Assembly: GCA_964644035.1 (NCBI GenBank)
Contig: CAZXUH010000001.1
Coordinates: 67,712 to 131,711, forward strand
DNA from: an uncultured Candidatus Saccharibacteria bacterium
Lineage (GTDB): Bacteria; Patescibacteriota; Minisyncoccia; Phycocordibacterales; DAORIS01
Direction: 5' to 3'
DNA: 64,000 nucleotides
Shown here: in pieces, positions 21,747 through 30,665 of the stretch
Layout: each line of letters opens with the position of its first letter
How positions within the stretch are numbered: position 1 is the stretch's first letter
The notes under the pieces: model-generated
Databases searched by the model: none
Told to the model about the DNA's origin: nothing
What the model saw: the letters and a program-made list of their open reading frames with translations, nothing else
Program-made: the position numbers and the translations under genes

Positions 21747-22095
21747 GATGTACGTCGGGTAGCTGCTCTTTTGGGCGAAAGCCTGAAAGGGAGGAAAGTC
21801 CGGACATTCGCTCGTCTTGGCTCCGCAAGGAGCGACGACGAGAAGGGTAGTGGGTAACACCCACCGTTATAGATAGAGGTGCGAACAGAGACGAGCTCGC
21901 AGCAATGCGAGGTGAAACGGCAAAATCCTTACCTGAATGCAAGGCCGCGTCCCGAGACATATCGAAAGATATTTCAAAGGAAGAGCCGCTCGAGCTTGCG
22001 AGCAATCGCAGGCCCAGATATATAGTTACCTATATCCGCCTTCGCTCCTTGCGGAGCTACGACGAGATAGAACAGAATCCGGCTTACAGACGTCA
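21747..22095 (+). ncRNA. rnpB: RNase P RNA
   Basis: GAGGAAAGTCCGG, GGTGAAACGGC, AACAGAATCCGGCTTA universal motifs; terminator 22102-22125; ends approximate. Confidence 0.96.
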
Positions 22096-22180
22096 ATCAT
22101 GAATCCGCCCCTAAAGGGCGGTTTTGTGTTTTACACAGGTAGATGCAATTTTTTACAATCGATGATGTATAATATCGCAT

Positions 22181-24583
22181 ATGCAAACACAACAGGATTC
22201 ATCTGCTTCATCACAGAGGTGGATAGATAAGGTTCCATTTTTAGCAATATCTTTACTAGTAGCTCTCTTACCAGTCTTTATCATCCCATTGCCGACGATT
22301 GCAGGGATGAGTAAAATGCTTTTATTCGCTGTCTCGACGATTCTCGTCATCATTGCCCTTGTTATTTCTTTCCTTAGGGAGGGAAGAGTGGCGGTGCCCA
22401 AGTCGTGGAGCGTGCTCACCTTTGGCATTATTGTTGTGGTAATGCTTATTAGTGCTATTCTCTCTGGTCATGCTGCAAAAGGAATCATAGGAGATCTCGA
22501 TATGGATACGGTTGGTTTTGGCCTCCTTGCCTTCATTCTCCTGTATGCTATTCCACTGATCATTACGACACGCTCTCGTGCCGCAATGCTCATTGGCACC
22601 TTTCTTATTTCGATAAGTGCATCGACCCTCTTCTTCATCACACGTCTTTCATTTGGCGTGCGACATCTTACACTTGGGGTGTTTAGCGATTTGAGTGCCA
22701 ATCTTTCTGGTTCGTGGAACGATATTGGTATTCTTGCTGGATTGGTATTTATCGTCAGCCTCTGCGCACACGAACTCATTCCAACCACGCGCGTGGTGAA
22801 AAATGTCCTTAGAGCTATGCTTGTCTTGAGCTTCTTAACCCTCACGATCGTCAACAATCTTACGGTGTGGATCATTATCGGTGTAGCTATGCTTCTGCTC
22901 TTTGTATATAGCTTCTCATCTACACTTGGTAAAAGACAGACGACAGAAGAAAAGACTGTTTCATATCGTGTTCCGGTCTTACCCCTCGCTGGTATCATCG
23001 TCTGCGTCTGCTTCATTTTGATTGCTTTGAGGACAAATCCATACAACTTCCTCGGTTCTCTTCCTCAGATGTCATATTTCAATCGTTATAATGTAAATCT
23101 TGTTGAAGGTCGCCCTTCATTTGGTTCGACGTGGAGTGTTGGTGTTGCAACACTCAAGGACAAACATATTTTTGGTGTTGGTCCAAACCGTTTCTCAACA
23201 GCATGGAATCTTCACAAGGATCCTCAGGTCAATCAGTTTCCTTTCTGGAATATCGATTTCAATTACGGTTACGGCATAGTCCCTAGCTCATTTATCACCC
23301 TCGGTATTCCTGGTGTCTTGGCATGGCTTGCATTCCTCGTACTCTTCTTATTCTCAGGTGTCATGCTTATCTTCAAGCGTTACGGTGACAAGACAAGTCA
23401 GTTCTTGGTCGCAGGATCATTCCTCGGTGCGGCATATCTATGGTTCTTCGCAATCGTCTATACGCCGGGTGCTGTAGTGTATCTCTCAGCTATTATTCTT
23501 ACAGGTATTATGCTCTCTGTTAAAGAACAAGCATTTAAAAATGGCTACAAGACAATCAACTTTATCTCTGACCCACGAATTGCCTTCGGTTTTGTTCTCG
23601 GTCTAGTACTCGTACTTATCGGTAGCGTTGTTTCTTTCTACTGGATTGGTACGGTCGCTGCTTCAAATGCCTACATGCTCAAAGGTATTCAAAATATCAA
23701 TGCAGGGGACGTAAACAGCAGTGAAATCAATATCAACAATTCATTGCGTATCAGACCTACCGATACTGGCTACAGACTTCTTTCATCTGTCGGTCTTGCC
23801 CGTGCTCAGTCAGTCCTTCAGACAAGTACCGGAGATGCCGCTACCGCTCAGCTCAAGACGATTATGCAGAGCACGCTCTCTATTGCAGCAGCTGCAGTTT
23901 CACTCGATGGAAGCAATTATCAAAACTGGATCAATCTTGGTCGTGTTTATCAGTTTATAACTGCTCCTGAAGCTGATGATGCGTATGGCGAAGGTAAGAA
24001 AGCTTACACAGAAGCTGCAACACGCAATCCAAGCAGTCCATATATTTCATTGCTCAATGCTCAGCTCGAAGAAGCTCATGGTGACAAAGAAAAAGCAAAA
24101 GAACTTGTCATAGAAGCAATCAATAAAAAGCCAGACTATCTCGATGCCTACTACCTCTTGTCTCAGATGTTTGTAGATCAGGGCAATACTGATGATGCGG
24201 TCAATACATTGGCAGCAGCGGTACAGGTAGATTCAACCAACTCAGTCTCATGGTTCCAGCTCGGCGTGCTCTACTACTCATCGGAAGATTATGACAATGC
24301 ACTCATTGCATTCCAGCAAGCAGTTACCTACAGTCCTGAATTTGCCAATGCTCGCTACTTTGGTGGACTAACACTCGATAAACTTGGCAATGAAGAAGAT
24401 GCACTCAAGGTATTTGAACTTCTCAAGCAGTCAAATCCTGACAATAAAGAAATAGACACGATTATTGCCAATATCAAGGCTGGCCGACCTGCTGTACCTG
24501 ACAATGCGACAACTCCTCCAGCTTCGACAATCGTTTCTCCATCTACAGACGACGATGCTTCTACCAGCTCTGACGACGAGTAA
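22181..24583 (+). CDS. Polytopic membrane protein (O-antigen ligase-like) with C-terminal TPRs
   Basis: about 13 TMs, IFGVGPNRF loop, TPR motifs; upstream of murJ. Confidence 0.75.
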   Translation: MQTQQDSSASSQRWIDKVPFLAISLLVALLPVFIIPLPTIAGMSKMLLFAVSTILVIIALVISFLREGRVAVPKSWSVLTFGIIVVVMLISAILSGHAAKGIIGDLDMDTVGFGLLAFILLYAIPLIITTRSRAAMLIGTFLISISASTLFFITRLSFGVRHLTLGVFSDLSANLSGSWNDIGILAGLVFIVSLCAHELIPTTRVVKNVLRAMLVLSFLTLTIVNNLTVWIIIGVAMLLLFVYSFSSTLGKRQTTEEKTVSYRVPVLPLAGIIVCVCFILIALRTNPYNFLGSLPQMSYFNRYNVNLVEGRPSFGSTWSVGVATLKDKHIFGVGPNRFSTAWNLHKDPQVNQFPFWNIDFNYGYGIVPSSFITLGIPGVLAWLAFLVLFLFSGVMLIFKRYGDKTSQFLVAGSFLGAAYLWFFAIVYTPGAVVYLSAIILTGIMLSVKEQAFKNGYKTINFISDPRIAFGFVLGLVLVLIGSVVSFYWIGTVAASNAYMLKGIQNINAGDVNSSEININNSLRIRPTDTGYRLLSSVGLARAQSVLQTSTGDAATAQLKTIMQSTLSIAAAAVSLDGSNYQNWINLGRVYQFITAPEADDAYGEGKKAYTEAATRNPSSPYISLLNAQLEEAHGDKEKAKELVIEAINKKPDYLDAYYLLSQMFVDQGNTDDAVNTLAAAVQVDSTNSVSWFQLGVLYYSSEDYDNALIAFQQAVTYSPEFANARYFGGLTLDKLGNEEDALKVFELLKQSNPDNKEIDTIIANIKAGRPAVPDNATTPPASTIVSPSTDDDASTSSDDE

Positions 24584-24591
24584 GCTCGTAC

Positions 24592-26259
24592 ATGGTAAAA
24601 CAAACTCTGGCAATCTTTCATAAAGAGATACGCGGCGTCTTACACGCTGCGTATTTTCTTGCCGGCTTCTCGCTCCTGTCCCAATTGCTTGCTTTGGTAA
24701 GAGATAGAATCTTTGCGGCGACGTTTGGCGCGGATAAAATGCTCGATTTGTACTATGCAGCATTTAGGATTCCTGATTTTATTTTCGTCATTGTCTCTTC
24801 GCTTATTTCTGTGTCGGTTTTGATACCACTCTTGCAATCGCGTATGGCCGATGGTGATGAAAAGGCAAAAGATTTTCTCTCAAATATATTCTCAGCATTC
24901 TTTATTTGTATTGGTGGGGCAGCACTCATAGCATTCTTTATCGTGCCGTACATTGTGCCGAGTTTGTTTCCTGAACTCAAAGCCCAGAGTTATGAGCTTG
25001 TGGTTATGACGCGATTGATGCTTCTGTCACCGATCTTGCTTGGTATATCAAATCTTTTTGCCAGCGTTACACAGGCCAAACAGCGTTTTGCACTCTATGC
25101 ACTGTGTCCTGTCTTCTACAATATCGGTATTATTCTTGGCGTTGCAGTGTTCTATCCGCTCATTGGCAGTATCTATGCCTTGGCGGCAGGGGTAGTATTT
25201 GGTGCACTGTTGCATGCGGGCATACAGATACCATATATGGTTAGTCTCGGTGTTATGCCACGCTTTAGCAGGGTAGAGTGGAAATCGATTTGGAATATTG
25301 CTCGCATATCATTGCCTCGCACACTTTCGCTTTCTATATCTGAGATTACGGAGTTTGTGATGGTGATTATTGCCGGCATGTTGACTGTCGGCTCGATCTC
25401 TATTTTTAGTCTGTCGTGGAATTTGCAGTCTGTTCCGCTGTCGATTATTGGAGTGAGTTATTCGGTGGCTCTTTTTCCTATCCTTTCCAAACTGATTCGT
25501 GATGGTGATGAAAGACTTTTCTTGGAAAAAGTAGTGCACACTACGCGTCATGTTATTTTTCTTGGCGCTATTACGACTGCGGTGTTTATTATTGTTAGAG
25601 CACAGATTGTGCGTACGATCTTTGGCGCAGGACAATTCAATTGGGACGATACTCGATTGACTGCTGCGGCGCTAGCCCTTTTTGTCTTATCTCTCATACC
25701 TCAATGCCTCATACTTGTCCTGACACGAGCATTTTACGCCCTAGGCAACACCAAAACGCCCTTTGTCACCAATCTCTCATCTTCAGTGGTTATGATCGTC
25801 ACGGCCTTTTTGACGCCGTATTTTTATGTACAGTATCCAGCTTTTCACAGTGCTCTCGATACTGCACTTAAGGTAGTAGGGATTGAGGGTACTGAAGTGC
25901 TCATGCTTCCTTTAGTCTTTTCTATTGGTTCATTTATCAATGCATTGCTTCTTGGAATTTTCTTCACCAAAAAAGTCAAAGGTTTTGCCAGTGCCGTACT
26001 GCCTGCTATTGCTATACATGTCACATCGGCAGTGATTGCTGCATGTGCGAGCTATTTTTGCCTCTATGCAACAGCATCTATGTTTAACACAGAGAAATTG
26101 CTCGGTATATTTGGACAAGGATTTATTGCAGGTCTTGCTGGTATTGGTACTGGCATCCTTTTCCTCTATATTATAAAGAATCAAGAGTTTACTGAATTTG
26201 TAGAAAGCTTCACCAAGTCAAAACGCAAACCGATTGCAGGACCGGATGCAACTATGTAG
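24592..26259 (+). CDS. murJ: Lipid II flippase MurJ
   Basis: LVRDRI, AAFRIPD, RAFYALGNTKTP. Confidence 0.93.
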   Translation: MVKQTLAIFHKEIRGVLHAAYFLAGFSLLSQLLALVRDRIFAATFGADKMLDLYYAAFRIPDFIFVIVSSLISVSVLIPLLQSRMADGDEKAKDFLSNIFSAFFICIGGAALIAFFIVPYIVPSLFPELKAQSYELVVMTRLMLLSPILLGISNLFASVTQAKQRFALYALCPVFYNIGIILGVAVFYPLIGSIYALAAGVVFGALLHAGIQIPYMVSLGVMPRFSRVEWKSIWNIARISLPRTLSLSISEITEFVMVIIAGMLTVGSISIFSLSWNLQSVPLSIIGVSYSVALFPILSKLIRDGDERLFLEKVVHTTRHVIFLGAITTAVFIIVRAQIVRTIFGAGQFNWDDTRLTAAALALFVLSLIPQCLILVLTRAFYALGNTKTPFVTNLSSSVVMIVTAFLTPYFYVQYPAFHSALDTALKVVGIEGTEVLMLPLVFSIGSFINALLLGIFFTKKVKGFASAVLPAIAIHVTSAVIAACASYFCLYATASMFNTEKLLGIFGQGFIAGLAGIGTGILFLYIIKNQEFTEFVESFTKSKRKPIAGPDATM

Positions 26260-26270
26260 TATAGAGCTCT

Positions 26271-28058
26271 ATGGATATTAGTCGTATCAGGAACTTCACA
26301 ATTATCGCTCACATCGATCACGGCAAGTCGACGCTGGCCGATCGTATGCTCGAAATCACCAATACCGTCGAAGCTCGCAAAATGCGCGAGCAAGTACTCG
26401 ATTCTATGGAGTTGGAGCGCGAACGCGGCATTACGATTAAGATGCAGCCGGTGCGCATGAAGTTTGGCGAATACATGCTCAATCTTATCGACACTCCTGG
26501 ACATATCGATTTTTACTACGAAGTGTCTCGTGCTCTCAATGCGGTAGAGGGTTCTATTCTTTTGATCGATTCTACGCAGGGTGTACAGGCTCAAACGCTC
26601 ACGACACTTGGCATGGCTCAGTCTTTGGGTCTCAAAATCATTCCTGTACTGAGCAAAATCGACTCTCCTCAGGCCAGAATATCTGAAGTGAAAAAAGAAG
26701 TAGCAGAACTTATCGGTTGCCAAGAAAGTGAAATTTTGGAAGTGTCTGGAAAGACAGGGCAGGGTGTAGAAGATCTTTTGAAAGAAGTAGTAAAGCTTAT
26801 TCCGCCGCCTAAACAAGAATTTGTAGATACAAAAAGCAATCGTTCGCTTATTTTCGATTTCCAGTACTCAGATCACAGAGGAATTATTGTCTATGTCAGA
26901 ATGTTTGATGGTTCGGTTAAAAAAGGTGATGAGCTTCGTTTTGGAGTGTCAGAAAAAACATTCAAGGCTATAGAAGTCGGGTATTTTGGTCCGCAGGAGG
27001 TCGTGGCTGATTCGCTTTCTGCGGGTCAGATCGGATATATTGTGACGGGTATAAAAGAGCCTGGCGTGGCTTCTGTCGGAGATACGATTACTACCGCTCG
27101 TTTCTCGCTCCCAGTGCTTCCTGGCTATCAAACGCCCCTTCCAGTGGTCTGGGCATCGCTCTATCCTGAAAGCCAGGATGATTTGCATGCACTTCGTCTT
27201 GCTCTTGGTAGACTGCGTCTCTCTGACTCATCGTTTTCTTTTGAAGAAGAGTCATCGGGTGCGCTTGGAAGAGGTTTCAGATGCGGATTCCTAGGCATGC
27301 TTCATTTGGAAATCATTACTGAGCGTCTCAAGAGAGAATTCAATATGAGTCTTATTGTCACGACGCCGTCTATTACCTACGAAGTGACGACGCGAGATGG
27401 AAAGGTGCAAACTATTTATTCACCAGTCTTTTTCCCTGAAGATGGAATGGTGACGCTGGTGCGGGAGCCATGGGTCAATATGAAAATCATTACTCCTCCA
27501 GAAACGGTTGGTCAGCTCATGCAGCTTCTCTATGATCATGAAGCTAAGATAGGCGAGACGCTCAATTTTGGCGAACATAGAACATCGATTTCTGTTTCAA
27601 TGCCCCTCAGGGAAATGATGCGCAACTTTTTTGATGAAATAAAGAGTGTCACGTCTGGATATGGATCGATTTCATATGAAATAGGGGAAATGAAAGATGC
27701 AGATGTGGTGCGAATGGATCTTTTGGTGGCCGATGAAATCGTACCAGCCTTTTCTCGCGTTGTTTCTCGCCGACGAGTAGAAGAAGAAGCTGAAAAAGCT
27801 GTTAAAAAGCTCCACACTATTTTGCCAAGACAAATGTTTACGGCTAAGATTCAGGCAAAGTCTATGGGTAGGATTATTTCATCGGAAACACTCTCTGGAA
27901 TGAAAAAAGATGTCACTCAGCACATGTATGGAGGAGATATTACTCGAAAAATGAAACTTAGAGAGAAGCAAAAGAAAGGAAAGAAGAAAATGAAAGACAT
28001 AGGTACGGTCAATATACCTCAGGATGTCTTCGTAAAGATGATGCGAAGCGGGGAGTAA
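26271..28058 (+). CDS. lepA: Elongation factor 4
   Basis: AHIDHGKSTLADR, GFRCGFLGMLH, YGGDITRK. Confidence 0.98.
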   Translation: MDISRIRNFTIIAHIDHGKSTLADRMLEITNTVEARKMREQVLDSMELERERGITIKMQPVRMKFGEYMLNLIDTPGHIDFYYEVSRALNAVEGSILLIDSTQGVQAQTLTTLGMAQSLGLKIIPVLSKIDSPQARISEVKKEVAELIGCQESEILEVSGKTGQGVEDLLKEVVKLIPPPKQEFVDTKSNRSLIFDFQYSDHRGIIVYVRMFDGSVKKGDELRFGVSEKTFKAIEVGYFGPQEVVADSLSAGQIGYIVTGIKEPGVASVGDTITTARFSLPVLPGYQTPLPVVWASLYPESQDDLHALRLALGRLRLSDSSFSFEEESSGALGRGFRCGFLGMLHLEIITERLKREFNMSLIVTTPSITYEVTTRDGKVQTIYSPVFFPEDGMVTLVREPWVNMKIITPPETVGQLMQLLYDHEAKIGETLNFGEHRTSISVSMPLREMMRNFFDEIKSVTSGYGSISYEIGEMKDADVVRMDLLVADEIVPAFSRVVSRRRVEEEAEKAVKKLHTILPRQMFTAKIQAKSMGRIISSETLSGMKKDVTQHMYGGDITRKMKLREKQKKGKKKMKDIGTVNIPQDVFVKMMRSGE

Positions 28059-28076
28059 CGCTCTATTACTGCCTTA

Positions 28077-28187
28077 CTATTGATAGAGAGAAGGGATGTA
28101 AAGGGCGATCATACTGACGATCATAATGATGCCGATAACTATCCAAACCTGCCTCAATCGCTTATTGAATTGTTTGTTGAAAAGCAT
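28077..28187 (-). CDS. 36-aa single-TM small protein (not in ORF track)
   Basis: MLFNKQFNKRLRQVWIVIGIIMIVSMIALYIPSLYQ; fills the gap between lepA and the FtsB-like gene; TGCTATTAT -10 upstream. Confidence 0.65.
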   Translation of the reverse strand: MLFNKQFNKRLRQVWIVIGIIMIVSMIALYIPSLYQ

Positions 28188-28208
28188 GTGGCGTATATAA
28201 TAGCATAG

Positions 28209-28586
28209 ATGAAGCGTTTTTTAAGGAAAATCCGGTTTACCAAGAAACAATGGCTTATTCTTGCTATTTTGCTTGTGGCTCTCTTTTGGTCCGGCCGAGG
28301 TCTCTATACTATGTATACTCGCTATAGCCAAAGCAAATCTGATTATGAACGTGCCCAAGCAGAACTCAAAAACCTTGCCAATCGTCAGAATGAACTCGAA
28401 AAAAACATTCAGCATCTTGAAACGCAAAGGGGAATCGAAGCCGAATTGCGCACTCGTTTCAATGCATCAAAAGAAGGCGAGGAATTACTCGTGATTGTTA
28501 ATGATAAAGGTAGTGCGAGTGCTGCCACCTCTACTCCCGGACTCGACAGTTGGTGGAAAAGTGTCAAAGATTGGTTCAATAGGTAA
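28209..28586 (+). CDS. Septum formation initiator (FtsB/DivIC family)
   Basis: TM plus coiled coil, IEAELRTRFNASKEGE. Confidence 0.8.
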   Translation: MKRFLRKIRFTKKQWLILAILLVALFWSGRGLYTMYTRYSQSKSDYERAQAELKNLANRQNELEKNIQHLETQRGIEAELRTRFNASKEGEELLVIVNDKGSASAATSTPGLDSWWKSVKDWFNR

Positions 28587-28653
28587 TTTATTTAGTGAAA
28601 TGTGAGACATCTGCTATAATGGCAAAGCTAAATAAATTTAACGTTATATTCAC

Positions 28654-28890
28654 ATGAAAGAAGTCATCATTTATTCAACTCCAACCTGCGTTCACTGCAA
28701 ACACGCCAAAGAATTTTTCAAAAACAATAAAATTGATTTTGTAGAATATGACGTACTCAATAACGTTGAAAAACGCACTGAAATGGTAGAAAAAAGCGGC
28801 CAAATGGGCGTGCCTGTTATCTCTGTCGGTGAAGATGTGATTGTCGGCTACGACGAAGAAATGCTAAAGGATCTTCTCGAAGTTCAGTAG
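28654..28890 (+). CDS. Glutaredoxin-like (YruB/NrdH) protein
   Basis: YSTPTCVHC, SGQMGVPVI, IVGYD. Confidence 0.92.
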   Translation: MKEVIIYSTPTCVHCKHAKEFFKNNKIDFVEYDVLNNVEKRTEMVEKSGQMGVPVISVGEDVIVGYDEEMLKDLLEVQ

Positions 28891-28896
28891 AATTTT

Positions 28897-28971
28897 TGGT
28901 GCTCTCAGCAGGAATCGAACCTACATCTACCCCTTAGGACGGGACTGTTCTATCCATTGAACTATGAGAGC
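28897..28971 (-). tRNA. tRNA-Arg(CCT)
   Basis: Cloverleaf GCTCTCA...TGAGAGCACCA, anticodon loop GTCCTAA, GTTCGA. Confidence 0.92.
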
Positions 28972-29006
28972 GTGTGGATACTTTATCACATGATATAATT
29001 ATTCAC

Positions 29007-29273
29007 ATGGACAATGAAGAGATGCTGCAAAAGATCCTTGATCTAGCCGAAGATACTAACCGAAAGACTCGGGCAATGTATCGCGGATACGTGTGGGGAT
29101 CGGCTTGGAAGGTCTTCTATTGGATGGTTATTATTGGTATTGGTATTGGAGCTTTCTACTACCTCCAGCCCTATTTAAACGCCCTAAAGAGCGTTACAAG
29201 GGCCTTTTCCAGTGTAACTAGTACAAGTACCCCTCAATTCGACCTAGAGGGCTTTAAAAGGCTTGTAAAATAG
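29007..29273 (+). CDS. Hypothetical single-TM protein
   Basis: TGATATAAT 7 nt before ATG; YYLQPYL after TM. Confidence 0.7.
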   Translation: MDNEEMLQKILDLAEDTNRKTRAMYRGYVWGSAWKVFYWMVIIGIGIGAFYYLQPYLNALKSVTRAFSSVTSTSTPQFDLEGFKRLVK

Positions 29274-29335
29274 GGTTTTTACGGTAATATTAGAGCGACT
29301 TGCCGAGATAGCTGTCTTGGTAAATTCATAAGCAT

Positions 29336-29411
29336 GCCGAGGTAGCTCAGTTGGTAGAGCATACGCCTGAAGAGCGTGGGGTCACCAGTTCGAACCTGGT
29401 CCTCGGCACCA
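29336..29411 (+). tRNA. tRNA-Phe(GAA)
   Basis: GCCGAGG...CCTCGGCACCA, loop CTGAAGA; terminator 29416-29442. Confidence 0.96.
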
Positions 29412-29449
29412 CAACAAAAAACTCCCCGATCGGGGAGTTTTTATTTTGA

Positions 29450-29920
29450 TTAATTGCTACTCTTTACACGAAGTTTTGTCTGGCGATTCTTGTCTATCTT
29501 TGGAAGGGTGAGTGTAAGAAGACCATATTTTTCTGAAGCCTCTGATCCCTCAACATCTACTTCTTCAGGAAGGAGAATGGTTCTTGAAAATGAACCCCAA
29601 TAAAGTTCGCGGTGGAAATAATTTTCTTCATTGATATCACGAGATGTTTCGCGCTTGCCTTTGATCGTCACCATATCGCGAGTAATAGAAATATCGAGAT
29701 CTTCAGGGCGTACGCCGGCTACCATGGTCTGAATAATGATATCATCGCTCGTCTGATAGACGTCAACAGTGAGTTCACCGTCACCTTGCTCTTCTTGAGG
29801 TGCCCAATCTTCCTTTTCATGACCCATTTCAGGAGAATGCATGACATGGACACTGTTTTCCTTGTCCACTTTTATTGCTCCAGTGAGCCTTTCGAAGAAT
29901 GATTTTTTTTCTTTATTCAT
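29450..29920 (-). CDS. Small heat-shock protein Hsp20
   Basis: VDVYQT, WGSFSRTILLP, GLLTLTLPK; ATGA overlap with prsW stop. Confidence 0.93.
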   Translation of the reverse strand: MNKEKKSFFERLTGAIKVDKENSVHVMHSPEMGHEKEDWAPQEEQGDGELTVDVYQTSDDIIIQTMVAGVRPEDLDISITRDMVTIKGKRETSRDINEENYFHRELYWGSFSRTILLPEEVDVEGSEASEKYGLLTLTLPKIDKNRQTKLRVKSSN

Positions 29921-30615
29921 ATGGTGACTTTTTTGTAAAACGTGTGTTTGACGTGATTGGTTATGTATATGAGCATTATGCTGACAAGCCACAATCCGCC
30001 GAACGCCAGCATGAGGCTTCCTTTCTCGCTCCTAATTATAAGCAAGTTATACAAGGTATGCAATCCGGTCGCAATGATAAGTCCGAGCATCAGTCCAAAA
30101 TGTCCGTCTTTGACATGGAAGGTACGAGCCATGCAGATACCGACAATTCCCGAGCAGACTACATGTACAAGAGTAGAGCCTAGGAATCGAGCGTGGGCAA
30201 TGATAAGTCCGGTGACAAATCGTCCTTCCATGAGTGGTATAGCCAAGAAGAGACTATTCTCAAATGCTGCAAATCCTAGTGCAGTCGTAATCATGTAGAT
30301 AACCTCGTCGATAGGTTCATCGGTATCTTTGGTTCTAAGCGCTAAGAAATATGAAAAACCAAATTTTGCCACTTCTTCTATAAGAGCTAGGACGACGACA
30401 AGAAAAACAGGAGATATTCTGAGTTCGACAAAGATTTTTTGAATAGGAATAACTGCAACAACAGCCATCATGCCGCCAAGAAAAGACAATATAAGTCGCA
30501 TACGCGGTTCTGGGTGTTCGCGATCCTCTTTGAGAATAAGCCAGAGCCAGAGAAGTGCTGGTAGAAATCCTGCGGAAATAATGAGAGTAAAGGTGAGTGT
30601 GCCGTGTACGAGCAT
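29917..30615 (-). CDS. prsW: PrsW-family intramembrane metalloprotease
   Basis: HPEP, IEEVAK, GFAAFEN, H..., HTLYN. Confidence 0.9.
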   Translation of the reverse strand: MLVHGTLTFTLIISAGFLPALLWLWLILKEDREHPEPRMRLILSFLGGMMAVVAVIPIQKIFVELRISPVFLVVVLALIEEVAKFGFSYFLALRTKDTDEPIDEVIYMITTALGFAAFENSLFLAIPLMEGRFVTGLIIAHARFLGSTLVHVVCSGIVGICMARTFHVKDGHFGLMLGLIIATGLHTLYNLLIIRSEKGSLMLAFGGLWLVSIMLIYITNHVKHTFYKKVTI

Positions 30616-30665
30616 TTCTCACATTGTATCAGAAAAAAACAATCAAAAACCCTGTTTATTCAGTG

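Noticed and set aside
21645-22230. Short ORFs in the track across this interval
   Set aside because: They overlap the RNase P RNA gene
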